Below are positions 24,194-32,000 of a stretch of 32,000 bases of DNA, one piece after another (positions within the stretch are counted from its first letter, which is position 1; each line of letters opens with the position of its first letter). Under the pieces are notes generated by a model. The model had not been told where the DNA came from. It ran no database searches and saw only the letters and a list, made by a program, of their open reading frames with translations. The position numbers were made by a program, and so were the translations under genes. This DNA comes from Pseudoalteromonas translucida KMM 520 (lineage in GTDB: Bacteria; Pseudomonadota; Gammaproteobacteria; Enterobacterales; Alteromonadaceae): NCBI RefSeq assembly GCF_001465295.1, contig NZ_CP011034.1, positions 2,040,001-2,072,000 of the forward strand, in the 5' to 3' direction.

Positions 24194-25180
24194 TCAGTTC
24201 TTTTTGTTTAATATATACGTTTTAACTGCCGCATTGTGCTGCTGCAATGTGGTTGAAAATTGATGACTGCCATCACCTTTTGAAACAAAGTAAACATATT
24301 CAGTTGTGGGTGGATTAACCGCGGCTAAAATAGCTGCCTTTGATGGCATGGCAATGGGTGTTGGCGGCAGGCCATTAATACGATAGGTGTTATAGGGCGT
24401 GTAGTTACGCAAGTCTTTGCGTTTAATATCGCCGTCAAAGCTCTCTCCAATGCCGTAGATTACGGTTGGATCTGTTTGTAGGCGCATATTAGTATTTAGC
24501 CTGTTTACAAACGCAGAAGCGATTAATGGCCGCTCACTGGCAAGGCCCGTTTCTTTTTCAATAATAGAGGCCATTATCAGTGCTTCGTACGCAGTGTTAT
24601 AAGGTAAATTTTGTGCGCGCTGCTGCCAAGCAGCATCAAGGGTTTGTTGCATTTTTTGGGCGGCGCGTTTTAGCACACTGCTAATCGTGTCGTTACTATG
24701 ATAGTGATAAGTTTCGGGAAATAACCAGCCTTCTAAGTGCATATCACTGCCAAGTATTTGCTGACTTAGTTGCTGCTCTTTTAAATCATTTTCTAAGTGA
24801 TTGGCATTTTTAATAGCAGCTAATACTTCGCGCAGTGCTTGGCCTTCGATAATAGTAAAACTAAAGCTAACTTGTTGGCCGTTATTTATTTTTTTTATAT
24901 TGCTAATAACGCTATCACTATTAAGTGCGTAAAGCCCCGTTTTTAAATCTGTGAGTGTTGGGTCTAGTTTAGCAAGTAGTTGGTAACGCCAGCAGTTTTC
25001 TACCCAGTTATTGGCTTGCCATTGCTTGCATAACTGATTAAAGCCAGTGCCTTTTTTCACTTCAAACTGGGTGTTATTCGCTACTTTTAATGGGCTATGG
25101 AGCGTTGCTTGTAATTGCTGATAACCAAAAACACTGGTAATTATGGCTAATAATAATACCGATAAAGTAACTTTTAACAC
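24194..25180 (-). CDS. mltG: Endolytic murein transglycosylase MltG (YceG family)
   Basis: N-terminal TM anchor. YceG motifs LASIIEKETG, VFVNRL..MRLQTDPTVIYG, YNTYRINGLPPTPIAMPS. Confidence 0.9.
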   Translation of the reverse strand: MLKVTLSVLLLAIITSVFGYQQLQATLHSPLKVANNTQFEVKKGTGFNQLCKQWQANNWVENCWRYQLLAKLDPTLTDLKTGLYALNSDSVISNIKKINNGQQVSFSFTIIEGQALREVLAAIKNANHLENDLKEQQLSQQILGSDMHLEGWLFPETYHYHSNDTISSVLKRAAQKMQQTLDAAWQQRAQNLPYNTAYEALIMASIIEKETGLASERPLIASAFVNRLNTNMRLQTDPTVIYGIGESFDGDIKRKDLRNYTPYNTYRINGLPPTPIAMPSKAAILAAVNPPTTEYVYFVSKGDGSHQFSTTLQQHNAAVKTYILNKKN

Positions 25181-25998
25181 TTAGCCTCCTTGGCTAATAA
25201 TTTATTTAATAATAACTGGCTATGCACAACATCAAAACTACGCTGCTCAAGACGATTAACAGGCACTACGCCCATTAAGCTATTACAGATAAAAACCGCA
25301 TCCGCCTCAAGCAAGTCTGTAATACTTACGCACTTAAAATCAACGGCTAATTTATCACATAATGATTGCAGATAAACCCCCTTTATCCCGCACTCATTAA
25401 GGCTTGGGGTAAATAATTTATTTTGCTTAATAGCAATAATATTTGCTGCAGAGGCTTCTATCACATTGTCGTTGTAATCAAGTACCAGTACATCGTCACA
25501 AGGTTGCGTTTGCAGCGCTTTTTTTATTAATACTTGTTCAAGGCGGTTTAGCGTTTTGAGTCCTGCAAGCAAGGGTTGTGCGGCTAGTTTAATGGGGCTG
25601 ATGTTAAGACTTATACCCTCATCTGCCAATCTGCTGTAATTTTGAGGGTAATCTAAAATACTCAATAACACGGTGATATTACACGTTTGCGGTAAACCAT
25701 AACCGCGCCCTCCCTCACCTCGCGTTATTACAATTTTAAGCACGCACAACGTATGCTCCGCTATACTTTTAGCTATGTCTGCTTCAAGTTCAGCAAAATC
25801 TACTAATGGGAAACCAAGTCGTGCAGCACATTCAATTAAACGCGCTTTATGATGTGACCAATGCTCTACTTGCCCATTTACTACTTTTGCAGTTGTAAAA
25901 AAACCATCACCATAATTTAAGCCACGATCGTACGTGCTTATAGTGCTGTTTTTAACTGTTGTAATAATAGTTTGTGTGTCTTTTTGTGTTTTTTGCAT
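25174..25998 (-). CDS. pabC: Aminodeoxychorismate lyase (class IV PLP enzyme)
   Basis: DRGLNYGDGFFTT, KTLNRLEQVL, position between fabF and mltG as in E. coli. The ATG at 25996-25998 has no visible SD (see findings). Confidence 0.8.
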   Translation of the reverse strand: MQKTQKDTQTIITTVKNSTISTYDRGLNYGDGFFTTAKVVNGQVEHWSHHKARLIECAARLGFPLVDFAELEADIAKSIAEHTLCVLKIVITRGEGGRGYGLPQTCNITVLLSILDYPQNYSRLADEGISLNISPIKLAAQPLLAGLKTLNRLEQVLIKKALQTQPCDDVLVLDYNDNVIEASAANIIAIKQNKLFTPSLNECGIKGVYLQSLCDKLAVDFKCVSITDLLEADAVFICNSLMGVVPVNRLEQRSFDVVHSQLLLNKLLAKEAKC

Positions 25999-26000
25999 AT

Positions 26001-26027
26001 AAAAAAAGCCCAGTTAAACAACTGAGC
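26001..26027 (-). terminator. Rho-independent terminator after fabF
   Basis: Minus-strand transcript reads GCUCAGUU-GUUU-AACUGGGC followed by U7. The stem is 8 bp with one G-U pair and is extendable by A-U pairs. Confidence 0.7.
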
Positions 26028-26057
26028 TCTTATAGTCTGGTCTGTTGTTAAAAAAGA

Positions 26058-27296
26058 TTATACCTTTTTAAACAGTAACGAGCCATTAGTACCACCAAAG
26101 CCAAACGAGTTGCAGAGAGCAAACTCTAATTTTGCATCTCGGGCAGTGTGCGCTACATAGTCTAAATCGCACCCTTCATCTGGGTTATCAAGATTTATTG
26201 TTGGGGTTACTTTTTGGTCGGTTAACGACAATATTGAAATAATCGACTCAACCGAACCAGCAGCACCTAATAAATGACCCATCATAGATTTAGATGAACT
26301 CACCATTACATCTTTTGCTGCACTGCCAAAAACACTTTTAACGGCCGAGGTTTCTGCTTTGTCACCTGCATGAGTCGATGTACCATGTGCGTTAATGTAA
26401 CCAATTTGGTCCGCATTTACTTGCGCATCGTTTAGCGCATTTTCCATCGCTAGCGCTGCGCCTGCACCATCTTCTGGTGGTGAAGTCATATGAAATGCAT
26501 CACCGCTCATACCAAAACCAACTAGTTCGGCATAAATTTTTGCACCACGTGCTTTTGCGTGTTCGTATTCTTCAACAACCACAACACCCGCACCGTCTGA
26601 TAATACAAAACCATCGCGGTCTTTATCCCAAGGACGCGAAGCCGCTTGTGGATCATCGTTGCGTGTTGAAAGTGCACGAGCGGCATTAAAGCCTCCCATA
26701 CCAATTGGCGTACAGGCTTTTTCAGCACCGCCGGCTACCATAGCATCTGCATCGCCGTACGCTATCATACGGGCAGCATGGCCAATATTATGCAAACCCG
26801 TAGTACAGGCTGTAACAATAGAAATATTAGGGCCACGTAGTCCATTCATTATTGATAAATGACCAGAAATCATATTAATAATAGTAGAAGGTACATAAAA
26901 TGGAGATAACTTACGCGGTCCACTATTGAGTAGTTTTATATGGTTTTCTTCAATAAGCGTTAAACCACCAATACCAGAACCCACAGCTACGCCAATACGC
27001 GTCGCGTTTTGTTCAGTTACTTCAAGGCCTGAATCTTTAAATGCTTGGATCCCCGCGGCAATGCCGTATTGAATAAATAAATCCATTTTTTTAGCATCTT
27101 TTGCTGGCATATAAGCCGATGCATCAAAATCATTAATTAGACCCGCGAAATGCGTACCAAATTTTGATGTATCAAAGTGTGTGATAGTTTGAATACCACT
27201 TTTGCCATCTAATAAGCCCTGCCAGGTTGATTGCACATCATTACCTAGCGGCGTCAACATTCCTAAGCCAGTTACGACAACTCGACGTTTAGCCAC
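26058..27296 (-). CDS. fabF: 3-oxoacyl-ACP synthase II
   Basis: [15 protein letters not shown], active-site [31 protein letters not shown] start preceded by GGAGG. Confidence 0.95.
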   Translation of the reverse strand: MAKRRVVVTGLGMLTPLGNDVQSTWQGLLDGKSGIQTITHFDTSKFGTHFAGLINDFDASAYMPAKDAKKMDLFIQYGIAAGIQAFKDSGLEVTEQNATRIGVAVGSGIGGLTLIEENHIKLLNSGPRKLSPFYVPSTIINMISGHLSIMNGLRGPNISIVTACTTGLHNIGHAARMIAYGDADAMVAGGAEKACTPIGMGGFNAARALSTRNDDPQAASRPWDKDRDGFVLSDGAGVVVVEEYEHAKARGAKIYAELVGFGMSGDAFHMTSPPEDGAGAALAMENALNDAQVNADQIGYINAHGTSTHAGDKAETSAVKSVFGSAAKDVMVSSSKSMMGHLLGAAGSVESIISILSLTDQKVTPTINLDNPDEGCDLDYVAHTARDAKLEFALCNSFGFGGTNGSLLFKKV

Positions 27297-27468
27297 GGTT
27301 TGCCTCCAATAAGGTGTTTTATAAGGGGATAATTAATACCCAAGCAACTTCAAAGTGCTAGTCTCAAATTAGATTTAAAACGCATAATACCAATAAAATC
27401 AGTGTAAATTAGATTGATGTTTAGCTTTGCTTTGAATCATATACTTTGAAGTGGTTTGGATATAGAGA

Positions 27469-27494
27469 TTAAGGGCAGCGAATGCTGCCCTTAA
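27469..27494 (-). terminator. Hairpin (probable partial terminator/attenuator) between acpP and fabF
   Basis: ttaagggcagc-gaat-gctgcccttaa is a perfect 11-bp stem starting 12 nt after the acpP stop. The downstream tract UCUCUAUAU is only moderately U-rich. Confidence 0.55.
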
Positions 27495-27505
27495 TATGCG
27501 ATTAA

Positions 27506-27742
27506 TTACTCAGCGTGAGCTGTAACGTAATCGATAGCAGATTGTACTGTAGTGATTTTTTCAGCTTCTTCATCAGGGATCTCAGTATCAAACTCTTCTT
27601 CAAGAGCCATTACTAATTCAACTGTATCAAGAGAATCTGCACCTAAGTCATCTACGAAAGAAGATTCATTTTTCACTTCTTCTTCTTTAACACCTAGTTG
27701 TTCGATGATAATTTTCTTTACGCGTTCTTGGATATCGCTCAT
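27506..27742 (-). CDS. acpP: Acyl carrier protein
   Basis: [23 protein letters not shown]...[21 protein letters not shown] chose the ATG at 27742 (AAGGAAAG RBS). The track start at 27769 adds 9 non-homologous residues. Confidence 0.95.
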   Translation of the reverse strand: MSDIQERVKKIIIEQLGVKEEEVKNESSFVDDLGADSLDTVELVMALEEEFDTEIPDEEAEKITTVQSAIDYVTAHAE

Positions 27743-27992
27743 TCTTCTTTCCTTTATTAAAAACGCCAATGCGTTATTTTCAGATTGCGGCGTAGTTTAC
27801 GTCGCATAATTCTCTGATTCAATCTTTTGACCATAAATAATTGTCTGGTCAAACCTCTTGAGTGTACGTTTCATCTTTTATCGCTTATTTTAACCACGAT
27901 TTCAAGTATGTTTAAAGCAAGATTGCCAATAATTCAATCTTTTTTGGCAATTTAATTACTTATATTTAATTACTTTCTTTGCACATAGGCTA

Positions 27993-28739
27993 TTAAACCA
28001 TGTACATCGCACCATTTACATGCAAAGTTTCACCCGATACATACGCAGCCGCATCTGATGCTAAGTAACATACTGCAGCAGCAATTTCATTTGGTTGCCC
28101 TAAACGCCCTGCTGGTACATTTGCCAGTGTGGCTGCTTTTTGCTCATCAGTAAGACCATCGGTCATATCGGTTTGAATAAAACCAGGTGCAACTACGTTT
28201 ACCGTAATACCACGCGACGCAACTTCGCGTGCTAGTGACTTAGAAAAGCCAATAACGCCGGCTTTAGCCGCTGCGTAGTTAGCTTGCCCAGCATTACCCA
28301 TAGTGCCCACTACTGAACCAATATTGATAATACGACCATTCTTTTTCTTCATCATTGGGCGTAATACCGCCTTAGATAAACGGAATATAGAGCTTAAGTT
28401 AGTGTCGATAATATCATCCCACTCACTTTCTTTCATGCGCATTAATAAATTATCGCGGGTAATGCCGGCATTATTTACCAATACGTCAACATCGCCAAAA
28501 TCAGCTTTTATCGCCGCTAATGTCGCCTCAATAGACGCAGGATCAGTTACGTTTAACGCATAACCTTTACCATTTTCACCTAAATACTCGCTGATTTTAG
28601 CAGCGCCCGACTCACTGGTGGCCGTACCCGCTACTTTTGCGCCTTGGGCAACTAAAGTAGTTGCAATGGCTTTACCAATACCACGGCTAGCGCCCGTGAT
28701 CAGGACAACTTTGCCCGCTAATGAAAATAAATTAGTCAT
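27993..28739 (-). CDS. fabG: 3-oxoacyl-ACP reductase
   Basis: SDR motifs TGASRGIGKAIA, NNAGIT, YAAAKAG, PGFIQTDM. Confidence 0.95.
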   Translation of the reverse strand: MTNLFSLAGKVVLITGASRGIGKAIATTLVAQGAKVAGTATSESGAAKISEYLGENGKGYALNVTDPASIEATLAAIKADFGDVDVLVNNAGITRDNLLMRMKESEWDDIIDTNLSSIFRLSKAVLRPMMKKKNGRIINIGSVVGTMGNAGQANYAAAKAGVIGFSKSLAREVASRGITVNVVAPGFIQTDMTDGLTDEQKAATLANVPAGRLGQPNEIAAAVCYLASDAAAYVSGETLHVNGAMYMV

Positions 28740-28750
28740 ATTTTATACTC

Positions 28751-29677
28751 TTATTTTGCCGCATCAATTGAGGCACAGTCGTTAACTGAACCACAGATCA
28801 TTGCTTTATCAATTCGTTTTGCAAGGCCAGTTAATACTTTACCTGGGCCAAATTCGTAGCTTTGTGTTACACCTTGTGCAACTAATGCTTGTACTATTTC
28901 AGTCCAGCGTACTGGGCTGTATAACTGACGCACTAATGCGTCTTTAATTGCGTCAGCTGACGTTTCAGCTTTTACATCAACATTATTAATAACAGCGCAT
29001 TTAGGCGTGTTAAATGTTAACGCAGCTAAATCAATAGCTAGCTTTTCAGCGGCCGGCTTCATTAGCTCACAGTGCGATGGCACGCTAACAGCAAGTGGCA
29101 ATGCACGTTTTGCACCTGCATCTTTACACGCTTGTGAAGCGCGATCTACAGCCGCTTTATGGCCAGCAATAACAACTTGCCCAGGAGAATTATAATTTAC
29201 CGGAGAAACCACTTCGCCTTGTGCTGCAGCGGCGCAAGCCGCTTTGGTTTCATCATCGCCTAAACCAATAATAGCGGCCATTGAACCTACACCTGCAGGT
29301 ACGGCTTCTTGCATATATAAACCACGGTTTTCTACTAGCTTTACCGCTTCACTCAAGCTTATTACTTCGCTACATACTAATGCAGAGTACTCACCTAAGC
29401 TGTGCCCAGCCATAATAACATCTGCATCTGGGTTAGCTGCTAACCAATCACGGTAAATAGCAACACTGGCTGTTAATAATGCAGGTTGAGTGCGGTGGGT
29501 TTGATTTAGCTTTTCTTCTGGGCCATTAAGAACCAGATCTGCTAGGTCATATCCTAGCGCCGCTGACGCTTCGCTAAAAGTTGCTTTAACAATGCCTGAG
29601 CTTTGGAGTAACTCAGTTAACATGCCAACACTTTGTGAGCCTTGACCTGGAAATAGAATTGCAATTTGTTGTGCCAT
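28751..29677 (-). CDS. fabD: Malonyl-CoA:ACP transacylase
   Basis: FPGQGSQSVGM, active-site GHSLGEYSAL, 308 aa. Confidence 0.95.
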   Translation of the reverse strand: MAQQIAILFPGQGSQSVGMLTELLQSSGIVKATFSEASAALGYDLADLVLNGPEEKLNQTHRTQPALLTASVAIYRDWLAANPDADVIMAGHSLGEYSALVCSEVISLSEAVKLVENRGLYMQEAVPAGVGSMAAIIGLGDDETKAACAAAAQGEVVSPVNYNSPGQVVIAGHKAAVDRASQACKDAGAKRALPLAVSVPSHCELMKPAAEKLAIDLAALTFNTPKCAVINNVDVKAETSADAIKDALVRQLYSPVRWTEIVQALVAQGVTQSYEFGPGKVLTGLAKRIDKAMICGSVNDCASIDAAK

Positions 29678-29734
29678 ATTTTGCTCTTTTTAATTAAACA
29701 AATAAATAATGTTATAAACACGGCAACTCAATTA

Positions 29735-30772
29735 CTACTCGTTCACCGTGTCTTTAGAATGTATTTTTTCAAAAATTGCGGCTATTTTGTCGGGAAGTTG
29801 GCGTTCAACCTCCTTTACCGCTTCATCAATTGCTGCTTGAAATGCTTTAGCTGAGGCATTTCCATGGCTTTTAACCACAATACCGCGCAATCCTACCAGA
29901 CTTGCACCGTTATACTGGTCGGGGTTCACCCTTTTATAGAGTTTTTTTATTATAGGACCCAGCATAAACGCCATACATTTATAAACGAGGTGCTTTTCAA
30001 GCGCGGCGGTAAACTTATTCATTATAAGTTTTGCAATCCCTTCACAGGTTTTAAGCGCCACATTACCCACAAAGCCTTCGCATACAATAACATCGGCTTT
30101 TCCGGTAAATATATCGCTACCCTCACTGTAACCAATATAGTTGATTAAAGGGCTTTGCTGCATTAATTGTGCAGCCTGCTTAATATCTTCATGGCCTTTG
30201 ATATCTTCAGAGCCAATGTTTAATAAACTTACTTTGGGATTATCGCAGCCAAGTGCTTGCCCTGCGACTACCGACCCCATAATGCCAAATTGATATAAGG
30301 TTTGTGCATCGCAATGTACGTTAGCACCCAGGTCGAGTAAATAAACCGGGTTTTTTCGCTCTGTAGGTACCGCAGAAATAAGTGCTGGACGTTTTACACC
30401 AGGAAGCATTTTTAACACGTAATGTGCCATAAAAAATAACGCGCCAGTATTACCTGAGCTTACGCATGCTTGAGCCTCGCCCGATTTAACTAAGTTAAGG
30501 GCAACGCGCATAGATGAATCTTTTTTGGAGCGTACAGCAACACCGGGCTTACATGCATTAGTAACAACTTCGCTACAATGGCGAATAATAAGTCGAGGGT
30601 GTGCTAGTGAATCGAGTGATTCGAGTTGTTTTGATATGACTTGCTCATTACCGCATAAAATTAGCGTTAAATTAGCATGAGCATTTACCGCGTTAACGGC
30701 AGCGGGGATAGATGAACGGGGGCCGTAATCGCCCCCCATCATATCTAACGCTATGGTTAGATTATTCAGCAT
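29735..30772 (-). CDS. plsX: Phosphate acyltransferase PlsX
   Basis: [12 protein letters not shown]..., [17 protein letters not shown]. Sits 11 nt after rpmF. Confidence 0.95.
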   Translation of the reverse strand: MLNNLTIALDMMGGDYGPRSSIPAAVNAVNAHANLTLILCGNEQVISKQLESLDSLAHPRLIIRHCSEVVTNACKPGVAVRSKKDSSMRVALNLVKSGEAQACVSSGNTGALFFMAHYVLKMLPGVKRPALISAVPTERKNPVYLLDLGANVHCDAQTLYQFGIMGSVVAGQALGCDNPKVSLLNIGSEDIKGHEDIKQAAQLMQQSPLINYIGYSEGSDIFTGKADVIVCEGFVGNVALKTCEGIAKLIMNKFTAALEKHLVYKCMAFMLGPIIKKLYKRVNPDQYNGASLVGLRGIVVKSHGNASAKAFQAAIDEAVKEVERQLPDKIAAIFEKIHSKDTVNE

Positions 30773-30783
30773 AAAGAAATCTC

Positions 30784-30954
30784 TTATTTAGAAATTACTT
30801 GAACGCCTTTGTAGTAACCATCTGCAGTCACATGGTGGCGACGATGAGTCTCACCAGATGTTTGATCTACAGTTAAGCTTGGACCACTAATCGCATCGTG
30901 TGAACGGCGCATGCCGCGTCTTGCACGAGACTTTTTGCTTTTTTGTACAGCCAT
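30784..30954 (-). CDS. rpmF: 50S ribosomal protein L32
   Basis: Too short for the ORF track. My translation is [56 protein letters not shown], which closely matches E. coli L32. Confidence 0.95.
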
Positions 30955-30963
30955 AGTCTTCTC

Positions 30964-31488
30964 CTAAGAATCTTTCTTAAGTTGTTTCAAAATATCAAAT
31001 GGATTAGGTTTCTCATCTTCCGCCTTTAAAACACCAAAGCTGGCAGGCTTTGCTGAATAACTGCATGAAGCTTCGTTGTGGGTAGAGACTAATGGAACTG
31101 CCAAAATTAATTCGTCTTCAATTAAATTAAAAACGTTAATTTCACCATTTTCATCAAGCGCTACTTCATCGTAGTCTTCTGGAAAAATGTCTGACTCTGT
31201 CTCATCACCAACCGGTGAATAAACAAAATCTTGCACCAAATCCAACCCTAAATCACCATTACAACGTTGACAAGTGACAGTTACGTGTGTGGACAAATTG
31301 CCTCTAATCACAACAAAACCTTGGTCGTCGTTTTTGCAATGAATTTTTACCGCTATTTCACCTACTTCTTCCTGCACAACTTCTCGTAAACGAGTTAGTT
31401 TTTCAAGCGGTACAATGCCGTCATACTTTAAACGGTGTTGCGCTGCTTTGCCTGGATGAAGAGTGATGGGAATTTTCACCTTTTGCAT
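30964..31488 (-). CDS. yceD: YceD (DUF177) large-ribosomal-subunit accumulation protein
   Basis: MQKVKIPITLHPGKAAQHRLKYDG..., CQRC motif, acidic C-terminus. Conserved position upstream of rpmF. Confidence 0.9.
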   Translation of the reverse strand: MQKVKIPITLHPGKAAQHRLKYDGIVPLEKLTRLREVVQEEVGEIAVKIHCKNDDQGFVVIRGNLSTHVTVTCQRCNGDLGLDLVQDFVYSPVGDETESDIFPEDYDEVALDENGEINVFNLIEDELILAVPLVSTHNEASCSYSAKPASFGVLKAEDEKPNPFDILKQLKKDS

Positions 31489-31619
31489 AGGGGCTGCATC
31501 ATATAGATAGTTAGTTGGTTAGTCAAAGTAAAAAACCATATTTACGTGGTTTTTCACGTGTTTTACTTACGGATCTGATTTATCCTAACTCAATCTGATT
31601 TTGGTTAGGAAAACAATCC

Positions 31620-32000
31620 ATGAAGTACCCACTTATATTAGCCTCAAGCTCACCTTTTAGGCAGTCTTTATTACAAAAATTCAATCTGCCATTCGATACA
31701 TTTTCACCTAATGTTGACGAATCAGCATTAAACAATGAAACCCCTGCACAACTAGTTAAGCGTTTAAGTGAATTAAAAGCCCGCGCAGCTAGTAAACACT
31801 TTAGTAAAGGCTTAGTGATTGGCTCAGATCAGGTTGCTGTATTTAATGAGCAAATTTTAGGTAAACCTCATAATAAACACAATGCCGTAAAGCAGTTATC
31901 CCTTTTTAGCGGCCATAGTGTAACATTTTTAACTGGCCTGTGCGTTTACGATCTTACATCTGGGGAGAGTAAAACCTGCATTGAGCCATTTAATGTTACT
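31620..32000 (+). CDS. yceF: Maf-family nucleoside triphosphate pyrophosphatase (YceF type), N-terminal 127 codons; continues past the right edge
   Basis: My translation is MKYPLILASSSPFRQSLLQKFNLPFDTFSPNVDESALNNETPAQLVKRLSELKA...GSDQVAVFNEQILGKPHNKHNA. Divergent from yceD as in E. coli. Confidence 0.85.
   Translation, partial: MKYPLILASSSPFRQSLLQKFNLPFDTFSPNVDESALNNETPAQLVKRLSELKARAASKHFSKGLVIGSDQVAVFNEQILGKPHNKHNAVKQLSLFSGHSVTFLTGLCVYDLTSGESKTCIEPFNVT

Noticed and set aside
27743-27769. The track start of acpP at 27769 (MAFLIKERR...).
   Set aside because: ACPs begin at [10 protein letters not shown]. The ATG at 27742 has an AAGGAAAG RBS that the longer form would translate through.
2402-30148. 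Short ORFs of 61-110 aa from the track that lie antisense to, or out of frame within, long well-supported genes: 2402-2587, 5262-5468, 6591-6794, 9659-9991, 10600-10812, 11467-11655, 12174-12368, 13501-13764, 14350-14619, 16188-16475, 18138-18326, 19250-19489, 25190-25375, 26477-26689, 26522-26728, 26659-26862, 27552-27809, 28303-28563, 29007-29195, 29244-29456, 29666-29854, 29864-30148.
   Set aside because: Each is fully embedded in a longer ORF that has clear family motifs. Their translations are low-complexity or mirror-image artefacts with no recognisable motifs or RBS, which is typical of shadow ORFs.
1-32000. I looked for rRNA or tRNA genes, CRISPR repeat-spacer arrays, transposase or integrase genes, terminal inverted repeats, and toxin-antitoxin or known defence-system genes.
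   Set aside because: I saw no periodic direct repeats beyond the 24-nt duplication, no cloverleaf-like GC-rich segments, and no ORF with recombinase, nuclease or defence motifs. All long ORFs are explained by EPS, LapGD or housekeeping functions.

Overview
The window looks like chromosome from a low-GC marine gammaproteobacterium (gene content and protein sequences resemble Pseudoalteromonas/Alteromonadales; this taxon call is inference). It has three blocks. (1) Positions 1-14753 hold a visibly AT-rich Wzx/Wzy-type exopolysaccharide (EPS) locus. On the minus strand it encodes wzx, a GT2, a Wzy-like polymerase, a hexapeptide acetyltransferase, a GT4, a membrane GT2 with a QxxRW signature and a GT26. 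A second minus-strand operon encodes the priming phosphotransferase, an outer-membrane beta-barrel, a short OPX export protein and a Wzz/Wzc-type co-polymerase that runs off the left edge. Between the two operons, on the opposite strand, sits an unusual 860-aa fusion of adenylation domain, carrier protein and AT3 membrane acyltransferase. (2) Positions 14994-21515 hold a c-di-GMP/LapG proteolysis module (lapG-lapD) with no adhesin or T1SS in view. It is followed by a small secreted Ala/Pro-rich protein that carries a LapA-like TAAG motif, a strong terminator, a second Wzy_C/O-antigen-ligase-family gene and a convergent PhoD-like phosphoesterase. (3) Positions 21520-32000 hold a conserved housekeeping block: ycfH(tatD)-pilZ-holB-tmk-mltG-pabC, fabF-acpP-fabG-fabD-plsX-rpmF-yceD, and divergent maf/yceF. 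fabH is missing from its canonical plsX-fabD slot. I saw no rRNA, tRNA, CRISPR array or IS element. The best candidates for undescribed biology are the A-PCP-AT3 fusion, which may be a Dlt-like acylation route collapsed into one polypeptide, and the lapG-lapD-orf180 unit, which may include a non-adhesin LapG substrate. All family calls rest on motifs read by eye from the translations; no searches were run.
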